A stretch of DNA of 26,405 bases from a virus. Its lineage: Duplodnaviria; Heunggongvirae; Uroviricota; Caudoviricetes. A program made the position numbers and the translations under genes. Below, one piece after another: positions 9,255 through 17,613 of this stretch (its first letter is position 1; each line of letters starts with the position of its first letter). The stretch is taken from the IMG/VR virus record IMGVR_UViG_3300033804_000036. The stretch is one strand, 5' to 3'. The notes below the pieces were generated by a model that worked only from the letters and a program-made list of their open reading frames with translations, ran no database searches and was not told where the DNA came from.

Positions 9255-9479
9255 CTATTTGCATTTCTCGTCGACTAACGGTGTTTTCAGTCCGACGCGT
9301 TTAGCTGCAGTGCACCAACGACCCCAGAACCCTTGGCATTTGATTGTGTCGTCACGACTGTAGTATGTAGCCGCCGCCCTAACATGTTCCTCAGTGTCCA
9401 GCGGGTAGTTAAGAGTTTTCGGACAGCCCATCTGGCCTTTCTCTTTAAGCTCTCGCCTATGCTCAACTGTATCTGGCAA
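9255..9479 (-). CDS. DUF6582-like small protein (74 aa)
   Basis: YPLDTEEHVRAAATYY matches my recollection of the DUF6582 motif; TTG start after GGAGAACC leader at 9483-9490. Confidence 0.6.
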   Translation of the reverse strand: MPDTVEHRRELKEKGQMGCPKTLNYPLDTEEHVRAAATYYSRDDTIKCQGFWGRWCTAAKRVGLKTPLVDEKCK

Positions 9480-9531
9480 GCTGGTTCTCCAAGTAAAATC
9501 TTTTAAGCTAGAACGCTTTTAAAGGTTATCC

Positions 9532-9705
9532 ATGCCAACAAAAGACGAGCAGATTGAAGCCTTGAAAAAAGAAAACGAGAGTTTAAGAGAACAACTTAGA
9601 TACTGCAAAATCGCGGTTGAAGGCAAACCTTCCGGCCCAGATACGACACAAAGCGGAAATGAACCTGTCTTGGCGAAATCTTCCGAAGAAACTAAACAGT
9701 CCTAG
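9532..9705 (+). CDS. Small coiled-coil protein (57 aa), probably leaderless
   Basis: Not in track. MPTKDEQIEALKKENESLREQLRYCKIAVEG...; TATA TTTTAAGC (9501-9508) is 23 nt before ATG; stop interlocks with the convergent HNH gene stop. Confidence 0.65.
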   Translation: MPTKDEQIEALKKENESLREQLRYCKIAVEGKPSGPDTTQSGNEPVLAKSSEETKQS

Positions 9706-10376
9706 ACTTGTCCTCGATACACAACATCCCAATTAACTTTAAATCGTCGTCTAGCATCATGTAGCGCATTGCAAACACGACATGTAATTTCCAAGTCAAT
9801 AGTTGAAATCTTGCCTTCCCGAAGCAATTTGAAATATTTTGACCTCCCTCCCGCATCCTTGATTGCTTTTGGTCCGCCACCATTTTTGTGGTTTATTTCG
9901 AGGACAGGCAGATAGTCACAGTGGCAATTGACACATTCAGGCTTCTCTTTTCCAGAAATTTTCCGGAATATCTCCAGTTTGAGTTTCTGGTAAGCCTTTT
10001 TATTATTCCGCTTGTATCGGTCTCTATAATATTGCCACTTCTCTTCGTCGATAATCCAGCCTGTTGCTGTTTTACCCCTATCTCTCGGATAATTTTCATC
10101 TTTCATGCGTTGACAGCAATGAGAACAGTAAACACCATTTCTGTCCAAAGGTCTGCTACATCTCAAACACAGACCTTGACCGCTTTTTACAGATTTCTGT
10201 TTCTTTAGTTTAGTGGCGCAAAGACTGCATGTGAGGCGGCCTTCCCTGTCGCGAGACCCTCCACAATGTGTGCAAAGACCATGCTCAATTCGGAATGTAT
10301 GCCTCCGAATTGAGCGAGCATGTTGATATTCATAATGTTTTTTAGGATCACCGAATGGCATAACATAACTAGCCAT
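9702..10376 (-). CDS. HNH-like endonuclease with multiple CxxC zinc-binding repeats
   Basis: CTHC, CSLC, CLRC, CSHC in the N-terminal half; C-terminal CVNC...LEINHKNGGG...CRVCNALH. Confidence 0.7.
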   Translation of the reverse strand: MASYVMPFGDPKKHYEYQHARSIRRHTFRIEHGLCTHCGGSRDREGRLTCSLCATKLKKQKSVKSGQGLCLRCSRPLDRNGVYCSHCCQRMKDENYPRDRGKTATGWIIDEEKWQYYRDRYKRNNKKAYQKLKLEIFRKISGKEKPECVNCHCDYLPVLEINHKNGGGPKAIKDAGGRSKYFKLLREGKISTIDLEITCRVCNALHDARRRFKVNWDVVYRGQV

Positions 10377-10385
10377 CCGTTCTAT

Positions 10386-10607
10386 TTAAAACTTTAGCCA
10401 ACCCGCGCGATATGCCAAATAGACTTCTCCGGCGATGATGATGCCGTGCATGGCTAGAAGTATCCAGAAAGAAGTTGCAGCGTCGAGTCCTGGAAAACCT
10501 GCTTCAGTTTTTTTCGGCTGTTGAACAGGAAGTTTTTGTATTGGTTGAGGCGGCGCTGGAACAGTGCCGGTAACTCTGTATTCTCTTGGAAGCGGTTGCT
10601 GAGACAT
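10386..10607 (-). CDS. Small Pro/Gln-rich protein with C-terminal TM helix (73 aa)
   Basis: Start likely MSQQ at 10607; the track's MENQ prefix is the GGAGAACC leader (10610-10617). TM FWILLAMHGIIIAGEVYLAY. Confidence 0.7.
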   Translation of the reverse strand: MSQQPLPREYRVTGTVPAPPQPIQKLPVQQPKKTEAGFPGLDAATSFWILLAMHGIIIAGEVYLAYRAGWLKF

Positions 10608-10665
10608 CTGGTTCTCCACTACAAGCTTATGATAACAACGCTTTAAATTAGTTTCGCTGAGTTGA

Positions 10666-10737
10666 GGAGCGGCAGGCAGACAAGTCGTGTTCCTTATTAG
10701 GGAGAAAGGAGTTACAAAATGTACTGTCTACCACTCC
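10666..10737 (-). ncRNA. Candidate 72-nt structured RNA (or structured leader)
   Basis: Ends pair (GGAGU/GCUCC; GGUAGACA/UGUCUGCC with G-U wobbles on the minus strand); inner hairpins UACA/UGUA and UCCUU/AAGGA; begins 23 nt after a TATA-like box at 10761-10768. Manual folding only. Confidence 0.35.
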
Positions 10738-10791
10738 AATAGCGTTTTACTCCTGAAAGGTTTTTAACCTTTACGCGAAATAGGATCTGTT

Positions 10792-10950
10792 ATGAAGCCT
10801 CCGAAAGCCATAGTTGTCGAGCCGAAAGCTCCGCCAGACATAAAAGGCATTACGCATCTCCCCGTACCTGTATGCTACATTAGACATGCCTACATGAACA
10901 GGAAAACGGGAACGGTTGTTCATCAATCAGTTATCTGTCGTAAGAAGTAA
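10792..10950 (+). CDS. Small basic hypothetical protein (52 aa), probably leaderless
   Basis: Not in track. MKPPKAIVVEPKAPPDIKGITHLPVPVCYIRHAYMNRKTGTVVHQSVICRKK; GAAAGG + TTTTTAAC (10761-10768) is 23 nt before ATG. Confidence 0.6.
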   Translation: MKPPKAIVVEPKAPPDIKGITHLPVPVCYIRHAYMNRKTGTVVHQSVICRKK

Positions 10951-11485
10951 TCGAATAAGTTCGCTTCATTTTTCTTATTGTCTGGTGAGGAATAAAAATC
11001 ATGTCGTCAGGCACGCTCATGTCGAGGTACATGCCGCTGCCTACAACAGCGCGTTTGCCAACTGTGACGCCTGGCATTATCGTGCTGTTTGAACCTACAA
11101 AACTGTTTTTCTCGCAGATTATAGATCCTCTTCGTATGGCCCTTTTTTCTTCAGGGCTTGCGTCGTTCATAAACAGGCTTTTCGGAGTGTCGGAGGCTGT
11201 TAGTAACGTGCAGTTGTAGCCGACAACCACGTTTTCGTTCAGTATTATTTCGTCGCGTCCAGCCAAAACAGTGCCCGCGCCGATCTGGCTTCCAGCCTTC
11301 ATAGTCAATTTTGGAACGAGAACAACCACACTACCGAGAAGCGTGTTTTTACCCATCATCAACGTGATGTTCGGACGGAAATGCGCTCCCCTGTAAATCG
11401 TTGCCGTCTTATGAAAACTGCTTTGAGGCCCGAACTGCGAAGCAAAAATATGCGCTGGATAACTGTAGCTTGTTCCAACCTCCAC
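10931..11485 (-). CDS. Hexapeptide-repeat (left-handed beta-helix) acyltransferase
   Basis: LbH repeats, e.g. IICEKNSFVGSNSTIMPGVTVGKRAVVGSG. Confidence 0.88.
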   Translation of the reverse strand: MEVGTSYSYPAHIFASQFGPQSSFHKTATIYRGAHFRPNITLMMGKNTLLGSVVVLVPKLTMKAGSQIGAGTVLAGRDEIILNENVVVGYNCTLLTASDTPKSLFMNDASPEEKRAIRRGSIICEKNSFVGSNSTIMPGVTVGKRAVVGSGMYLDMSVPDDMIFIPHQTIRKMKRTYSITSYDR

Positions 11486-12528
11486 TACAGACTCCCCACA
11501 ATATAGTCTTTCGGAACCTCATCAAGCGTCACACACTGATACCTTTTACGGGTGGCAGACCAGTTTAACGCTAGAGCGGTTCGAAGACAGTTGAAAGCGT
11601 CCCAGCCAGTGGATGAGCTACCGCTAAACCTAGCGATTTCCTCGTAAGCGTTCAGGATTAGAGACCTGTTTAGAACAGGCACATGCTCTGAGACGTAGTC
11701 TGCCAACTCTTTGAGGCCACTGTAATTTTTGCTGTCTTCAACCTTGGCAACTCGAAGATGCAGCCCATTATCTGTCACGGTTATTCTGCCTTTCTCGCCA
11801 TGAATGTCAAGTTCAAACAGCACGTATGGACGTTCAGGACCGCTCAGCAGAACAGCTTCTACATGTGGATAAGTGACTACGCCGTTTATGTTCCAGTCGT
11901 CTGTTTGTTTCATATACTCTGATTTGTGCACGGTTCCAAACGCCTGCACGACAACGGGGTCATGGCTTAAAAGAAAATTGAAAAGATCAAGCATATGTGT
12001 TCCCGTTCGCAGTAGAGGACCGGGATGTGTCCCAATTACTGAGAGGACAGGTTCAATGGAAGCGACAAGTTGTTTTGCCCGACGATACACGGTGCTCCAT
12101 CGTCTAGTGAAATTCACGACCAAACGAATGCTCCTGCAGGCTTTCAGTATTTGTTCACCTTCAGCTATGGACGTTGCAAGAGGTTTCTCCAGAAAGATTG
12201 TTTTCACACAGGAATACTGGGCGATATGCTCAACTATTTCGGCATGAGTGTTTGTGGGAGTGGCTATAGCTACGAGTTCAGGCTGAAACTTGGACATTAA
12301 TCGTTCTACTGAACGGAAACAGTGTTCCAGCCTAAAATACCGCTTTGCTTTCAGTAGACGATGAGGGTTAATGTCGCAGGCAGCCACGTTGCTTATTCCG
12401 TAAAGCTGAATTTGACAGCCCAGATGTGAAGCAGGCTGCAAATCCCTGGCGTAAACCTGTGAAAACTCGAAGCCTACCCTTCCCAGCCCGACAACTGCTG
12501 CTTTCATGTTAACACCGGCTGCTTTCAT
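11485..12528 (-). CDS. Gfo/Idh/MocA-family NAD(P)-dependent oxidoreductase
   Basis: KAAVVGLGRVG Rossmann motif, IATPTNTH, FLEKPLA, NFTRRW, GTHMLDL; start likely 12528 (ATGA overlap) or 12507. Confidence 0.9.
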   Translation of the reverse strand: MKAAGVNMKAAVVGLGRVGFEFSQVYARDLQPASHLGCQIQLYGISNVAACDINPHRLLKAKRYFRLEHCFRSVERLMSKFQPELVAIATPTNTHAEIVEHIAQYSCVKTIFLEKPLATSIAEGEQILKACRSIRLVVNFTRRWSTVYRRAKQLVASIEPVLSVIGTHPGPLLRTGTHMLDLFNFLLSHDPVVVQAFGTVHKSEYMKQTDDWNINGVVTYPHVEAVLLSGPERPYVLFELDIHGEKGRITVTDNGLHLRVAKVEDSKNYSGLKELADYVSEHVPVLNRSLILNAYEEIARFSGSSSTGWDAFNCLRTALALNWSATRKRYQCVTLDEVPKDYIVGSL

Positions 12529-12541
12529 GTTAACACCGGCT
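12497..12541. repeat. Perfect 21-bp tandem duplication (GCTGCTTTCATGTTAACACCG x2) at a gene junction
   Basis: Units 12497-12517 and 12518-12538; yields MKAAGVN-MKAAVV. Confidence 0.92.
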
Positions 12542-12995
12542 CCAAGACTGGAGGCAACAAGAGATCTTCGACTCTGCGCCAATCCCATAGAGGAAATTTC
12601 AAGGTAAAACCGTCAACTTCGGTTGGCGGCCTTAAAACAAAATCAGAAAAATTCTTGAACGTACCATCTTCTTTCAGGTCTTGAAGACGTCTTCCAAGAT
12701 ACAAAATGTCAAACGGTCTAGACGATCGCTGCTTTGCCCACTCAATAATAGTGTTGCCGTAGACGTTGCATGAAAACCTGTGCGGATTAACGTCTTCGCG
12801 AATATCCCATTTTTCATGAAACCCGGTTCCACGGAGAACCTTGAAGTTTTCTCCTTTCAGCATAATGTTAATCGGTTTCGGCGTATGATCTCCTGGACCT
12901 TTGCATACGATGAGAAAGGGTGTAATCCCTTCCTTACGTAACATTTCACGAATCCACAGAGATTCCAATCCAAACCCATACGCTAAAGCGATCAT
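12525..12995 (-). CDS. Hypothetical protein (156 aa), possibly a divergent PP-loop/adenine nucleotide alpha-hydrolase-like domain
   Basis: Likely start MIALAYGFGLES at 12995 (ATGA overlap with the zinc-ribbon gene); strand plus GFGLES loosely resembles SGGxDS. Confidence 0.5.
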   Translation of the reverse strand: MIALAYGFGLESLWIREMLRKEGITPFLIVCKGPGDHTPKPINIMLKGENFKVLRGTGFHEKWDIREDVNPHRFSCNVYGNTIIEWAKQRSSRPFDILYLGRRLQDLKEDGTFKNFSDFVLRPPTEVDGFTLKFPLWDWRRVEDLLLPPVLEPVLT

Positions 12996-13129
12996 GTCTT
13001 CTTCATCCTTCCAATCTGTTCCCCACAGTTCAAGCAAAAATAGATTTCCCATTGAGGATAGTACCGTTTCCAGTAGGGATGCCTGTTAGGTCCCACCAGT
13101 TTTCCACCGCAGTTCGGGCAATCATCCAT
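12992..13129 (-). CDS. Small zinc-ribbon protein (45 aa)
   Basis: Not in track. MDDCPNCGGKLVGPNRHPYWKRYYPQWEIYFCLNCGEQIGRMKKT; two CxxC; GGGAG upstream; stop overlaps the next start. Confidence 0.75.
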   Translation of the reverse strand: MDDCPNCGGKLVGPNRHPYWKRYYPQWEIYFCLNCGEQIGRMKKT

Positions 13130-13172
13130 GTGCGCGCGCTCCCAAGAAGTTCCCTATGCATATCATGTTAGT

Positions 13173-13619
13173 CTAGAAAAAACTCAAGTTCTTTCGAAAA
13201 AAGATTTTAGTGCCATATTGTCCGCCGCACATTATTCCCATAGCCATTTTAGACTCTTCAAAAATTTCTTCGGATAAGGCTTCTGGTGAACAGTAGACGG
13301 CGCCACACATCCAAGCAACTATAAAATCTTCACATCTGTCGCCAACATAGACGAGAGTATCCTTCTTTCCCATATGTTTCCGTACGAAGTTTAAACCACT
13401 GTGTTTGATGGCGATGTAGTTTGCTCCTTTCTCAAAACGTACAGCACGCATGCCAAAAGTTGACCTTATCATGCGCTCTTGATCAGCACTATCTCTTTTA
13501 CTCAACAACCATAGAACTGCACCCTTCTTTTGAAGACGCAAACAAAGATCATAAGTTACAGGCCCATGAAAGCGAAAAAGTGTTCCGTCAACGTCAAAAG
13601 CAATATGAAGCCTAGCCAT
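13173..13619 (-). CDS. HAD-superfamily hydrolase/phosphatase
   Basis: Motif I FDVDGTL; motif IV-like YVGDRCED. Confidence 0.8.
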   Translation of the reverse strand: MARLHIAFDVDGTLFRFHGPVTYDLCLRLQKKGAVLWLLSKRDSADQERMIRSTFGMRAVRFEKGANYIAIKHSGLNFVRKHMGKKDTLVYVGDRCEDFIVAWMCGAVYCSPEALSEEIFEESKMAMGIMCGGQYGTKIFFRKNLSFF

Positions 13620-14628
13620 ATTCTTTCAGAACCTCCTCTAATGGCTGTGCCTTGAAGTATGGCGACTTCAGAATGTAAGCGTCTCCTTCTTTTGCCTGTG
13701 TATGTAGGCAGCCATTGCCTGTTGCGTTGATGGTCATTTTTTTAGCGGTTACTATGTGTGTTGCAAGCATGTTACGATAGCCTTTCCAAATCGGGTTTAT
13801 CAAGTATCTCGGATGCTCGCCTTTTTTGAAGTAGTGACCGTCGGAGATAGTGGCTATGAAATCCGGGTTTGTTTCGAGTTGATGTAGAACGGCGGCTGCG
13901 TCGCACGCTTTCTTTTCATCATGGTATTTCGTCATGAAAGACGCAACCCAAGAAGTAAAATAGACTGCGTCTTTGATGTCGAGAACCTGTTCGCTGAAGT
14001 CGAAGCCTACCAGAATTATCGGTTCACATTGAAGCGCAACCGCTAAATTCCAGAGGAAAGCGCCCACGTTGCCGATGCCGCTCATCAGAGGCTTACCGTT
14101 CGTCAACAAAAAGAGAAGATAACTTTGTGTATCATAATATTCTTTGCCCTGCTTGTCTTTTGGAACATCGAGCATCGGAGTGTACCACCAGATTTTGCCG
14201 CCGTAACCTTTCCATTTCTGAATTATCTTTGGATCTGCAAAACCGCTGAAAACAGCGTTCATCTGCCCCGCATATTTCCTGACTATAGGACTCGTGTAGA
14301 AACCGGCGATTTTGTAACTGGCATCAACTGAACTCGTAGCGTAGGGTATGATGCATGCTTTGAGGCAGGCAGCCAATGTTCTGTCACAGGACAGGACGGG
14401 ATGACGCCATTTTTCCTGCACTATCAGATTAAGCTGATCCAGTTTTTTTAAACTTGGACCGGCCCCAACAACGATGCAGGGTTCCTTTTTCGCCGGCAAA
14501 TCCTGCAGGTTAAGACCGTCGCGGACAAGCGGCAGATTTCGGTACAGATGATCCATCCATAGGGGAAGAAGGGTGTTTTTTGTGTTTTTTCCAACCATAG
14601 GGGAAGCTGAAGGCACAATGACACTCAA
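13612..14628 (-). CDS. DUF115 / Maf-like (MptE-like fold) putative glycosyltransferase
   Basis: CIVVGAGPSL, SCDRTL, SVDAS, GNVGAFLWNLA, ILVGFDFS, INATGNG: the typical DUF115 motif series. Confidence 0.8.
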   Translation of the reverse strand: MSVIVPSASPMVGKNTKNTLLPLWMDHLYRNLPLVRDGLNLQDLPAKKEPCIVVGAGPSLKKLDQLNLIVQEKWRHPVLSCDRTLAACLKACIIPYATSSVDASYKIAGFYTSPIVRKYAGQMNAVFSGFADPKIIQKWKGYGGKIWWYTPMLDVPKDKQGKEYYDTQSYLLFLLTNGKPLMSGIGNVGAFLWNLAVALQCEPIILVGFDFSEQVLDIKDAVYFTSWVASFMTKYHDEKKACDAAAVLHQLETNPDFIATISDGHYFKKGEHPRYLINPIWKGYRNMLATHIVTAKKMTINATGNGCLHTQAKEGDAYILKSPYFKAQPLEEVLKEYG

Positions 14629-14705
14629 GTTTTCCGCCTGATATCAGCAAGTCGTCTCTTCAACTGTTCATTGCTCATCTGACGCAGTGTTACAATCTGT
14701 TTCAC
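14625..14705 (-). CDS. 26-aa mini-protein coupled at both ends
   Basis: Not in track. GTG start overlaps the radical SAM TGA; its TGA overlaps the next TTG start; MKQIVTLRQMSNEQLKRRLADIRRKT. Confidence 0.5.
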   Translation of the reverse strand: MKQIVTLRQMSNEQLKRRLADIRRKT

Positions 14706-16339
14706 GGGTTACCGCCTGACTTTTGAGTTTCCCGAGCTTCTAGAGTTTCGTCAAACTTTTTCAGGCGTTCCAAATTTGCAACTGCAATGCTGAAACTTTT
14801 CAGGTCTGTTCGCAGCAAAGACTGTAGGCCAGCAAGTTCTACATCGCTGAAATCGGTTAGGTTGCAACTAATTCTTGTAGCGTCATCAAGCAGTAGGATC
14901 CAGCGTTTCAGCGCCTCATCTCTAATCTTCTCTTTCATCGCAGGCAGATTCTTCATGAGACTGCTTTTAGACGGCATTTCAACAGGTAATTCCCATTTCA
15001 GTTTCATGAAAGTGCCGAGGTCGGGGTCAGCGAGAAACTCTTTTTCTTCTGTTGTCATGTGCTGCTCGATGATTTTGTCCTTGTATTTGTCGTACAATTC
15101 CGTGCCGGGATACGGCTGCAGCAGGAACGGTACGCAGTGAATCTGATTGTCTATGAAGAATTGTAGTGTGGCAATAACGTCGCGGATGGTTTCGCCTGGG
15201 AAGCCCACGATGAAACTCATCACCGGGTTGACTGAAGCCCCATGTGTCGCTTCTATCGCCGCCGACATTTGCTCCGGCGTTTGTCCCTTGCCCATCTCGT
15301 TGAGAATGCGGGAACTTGCAGTTTCTCCGCCGTAGCTTATGTAGCTCAGGCCGACATCATGACCTTTAGCCAACATTTCCTGATCAACTGTTCTGCTGTG
15401 TCCAACGATGCCCCAGTGCAGCTTCGTCGCCAAATCGTATTCTTCAAGTTTGCCGCAGAAATCGTAGAACCATTTCCTGTTGACGGTGAAGTTTTCGTCT
15501 ATGAAACTGATGAAGTTGACAGAGTACGCTACACGTAGATGCAGCAGAAGCCGGGCAACATAGTCGGGGCTGTGTTGACGGAAAAGTTTTCCTTGAAATT
15601 CTTTGCCGTAGACTTTGGTTTGGCAGGACGGATGGAAACAGAAGTAACATTTGTAGGGGCAGCCTAGGCTTGCCATTGCGTCGAGACGACGTAGGGGTTC
15701 ACCTTCATTCATCGGGATTAAACCCATCGATTCTTGACTGTACGGGATCGCGCTGTACTGTAGGTAAGTGGTGATTGGCGCCCAGTCGTAGGCTGGAAAC
15801 GGGATTTCCTCATCCATTTTTTCTTCAGGTATAAGCGGTCGCATCCCGCTTAGCCTTGTGTTTTTGCCTTCGCGGTAGACGAGTCCTTTGATTTTGCTCC
15901 AGTTTTTGTCGTCAAGATGTTCAAGAATCTCCCGCCATGTTACGTAGGCTTCGCCGACTGCGCCTATGTCGAATTCAGGCATCCACCGCATGATGTCAAA
16001 CGGCTGGCTGGACATGAATCCTCCGCCGCCGACGATTAAGGCGGCTGGATATTCTTCGCGGCACACTTTTACGATGGGCATGATAGCTTTGACCTGTGTG
16101 GTTAAACCGCTGATGGCTATGACGTTCCAGGTTTCCTTCTGGTCTTTCTTCTTCTTGATTTCCTGTCGGAAAGCGTCTATCGGCCAACGGTAGGCGTTGT
16201 TGTCGATGAAGCCGATGCCGTAGCCCATCTGTTCAGTTATGCCTACAAGCTGCAGCAGGCCGTATGGCGGATGCTGCGGCGGTTCTTCGGTTCTTATCTC
16301 GGGGAAAATATGTAGGACATATGTTCCGTATTCGGTCAT
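14702..16339 (-). CDS. Cobalamin (B12)-binding radical SAM protein, class B methyltransferase-like
   Basis: N-terminal B12 domain (PPYGLLQL, IAISGLTT, VGGGGF, VGEAY); CPYKCYFC CxxxCxxC; FIDENF, GGETAS, FIVGFPGET, PYPGT. Confidence 0.9.
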   Translation of the reverse strand: MTEYGTYVLHIFPEIRTEEPPQHPPYGLLQLVGITEQMGYGIGFIDNNAYRWPIDAFRQEIKKKKDQKETWNVIAISGLTTQVKAIMPIVKVCREEYPAALIVGGGGFMSSQPFDIMRWMPEFDIGAVGEAYVTWREILEHLDDKNWSKIKGLVYREGKNTRLSGMRPLIPEEKMDEEIPFPAYDWAPITTYLQYSAIPYSQESMGLIPMNEGEPLRRLDAMASLGCPYKCYFCFHPSCQTKVYGKEFQGKLFRQHSPDYVARLLLHLRVAYSVNFISFIDENFTVNRKWFYDFCGKLEEYDLATKLHWGIVGHSRTVDQEMLAKGHDVGLSYISYGGETASSRILNEMGKGQTPEQMSAAIEATHGASVNPVMSFIVGFPGETIRDVIATLQFFIDNQIHCVPFLLQPYPGTELYDKYKDKIIEQHMTTEEKEFLADPDLGTFMKLKWELPVEMPSKSSLMKNLPAMKEKIRDEALKRWILLLDDATRISCNLTDFSDVELAGLQSLLRTDLKSFSIAVANLERLKKFDETLEARETQKSGGNP

Positions 16340-17613
16340 GTTTTATGCTCCTCCAAAAACTCTGAGAATTTCATGCTTGTTATTCCCTGTCCAAACAGGG
16401 TTCCGCCTTCGGTGCAGTTGACGGTTCCGCCGTAAAGCCTGTACCAGAGGTCGGTTATTTCTTGCAGGTTGAGGAAAGCCTGTCTGTAATGGAAGAAGAC
16501 TAGATCAGCGTATGCATGTTCTTTGAAGACAGGATGGTAAAATTTGGGGTAGGTTTTTCTGATTATGTCCACGTTGCCTTTGGCTTCTGCGAGGATTTTG
16601 TCGAAGTACTGCGTCTGCTCGAGAGGTGTTCCTTCAGGATAGCCGAAGTCGATTCCAATCAACGCTATCGGTGACCGTTTAAGCACTTGCATGGCAAAAA
16701 TCCATGCGCATGCACCGGCGTTTCCGCCGCTGTTCATGGCGGGAACTCCCATGTCATATTTCGGCGTGGTTGACAGTAACCGTTGAAGTCTTGTCCACGT
16801 TTCGTTCTGTCGCCAATCGTCGAAGGTTGGGTTGAACCAGTAGATTTTTAGCCCGGCTTTTCGGCCTGCTAGGTAAACGTCATGGTTGATGGTGACTGAA
16901 GCTATCCAGCCGTTAATCATGCTAGCGGCTTGTTCGACAAGCGGGTTGTCAAACCATTTCTTGATGATAGGAGCGCCGTCGACGCTTACAACGTAGTGTG
17001 GGACTACGTCGTTTTCAAGGCAGGGTATCAACGCGCCGTCGCTTGCAACAACTATGCCCTTATATTCGCCGTTCTTCATTTTTTCGGCTAACAGCTTCAG
17101 GTGTCCATGCTTGAAAAGGCTTGGGCCTCGTCCGACAACGACGGCCGAGCCTTTCGGCGGACATTTCACTTTCATGCCTTTAATTTCGCCCATTCTGCCT
17201 TCTTTAGCTTCAGCGTTAGCATATTCTGGTTCGCCTTCAAGAAGGGGAGTCCATTCAACAAGGTCTGAAACAGTTGTCTGCCTGTAGTTTTCGGGGATAG
17301 AAATTATCACTCTGCCATCGACGATGTGTTCGGTTATGTCGTCGCCGTAGCGAATGTTCAGAATGTTGTCCCCGAAATTATGCATCCAAGTTTGCATCAG
17401 AACCTTGAAGCTTCCGTACATTATACGTTCATGTAGGCTGGGTTCGATGTTGACGTCTCGCGCCAGATATTTGAACCATTCACTCCAGCCTGTAGCGCCG
17501 ACCGCGTGGGATTTCAGAGCGCGCAGTTTGCGGAAAGTCCAGTAGTCAACCTTTGTTTGGGGGATGTAAACTTCGCGTCTGAACGCTTCCTGCAGTTCCT
17601 GCTCAAACGTCAC
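16336..17613 (-). CDS. DUF115 / Maf-like protein with N-terminal RHH-like domain
   Basis: AVVVGRGPSL, ASDGAL, SVDGAP, GGNAGACAW, ALIGIDFG, NCTEGG; N-terminus TFRKLRALK...GWSEWF. Confidence 0.78.
   Translation of the reverse strand: MTFEQELQEAFRREVYIPQTKVDYWTFRKLRALKSHAVGATGWSEWFKYLARDVNIEPSLHERIMYGSFKVLMQTWMHNFGDNILNIRYGDDITEHIVDGRVIISIPENYRQTTVSDLVEWTPLLEGEPEYANAEAKEGRMGEIKGMKVKCPPKGSAVVVGRGPSLFKHGHLKLLAEKMKNGEYKGIVVASDGALIPCLENDVVPHYVVSVDGAPIIKKWFDNPLVEQAASMINGWIASVTINHDVYLAGRKAGLKIYWFNPTFDDWRQNETWTRLQRLLSTTPKYDMGVPAMNSGGNAGACAWIFAMQVLKRSPIALIGIDFGYPEGTPLEQTQYFDKILAEAKGNVDIIRKTYPKFYHPVFKEHAYADLVFFHYRQAFLNLQEITDLWYRLYGGTVNCTEGGTLFGQGITSMKFSEFLEEHKT

Noticed and set aside
10666-10737. tRNA or hammerhead ribozyme
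   Set aside because: tRNA-like length but no T-loop/D-loop consensus or cloverleaf; no CUGANGA core paired with GAAA.
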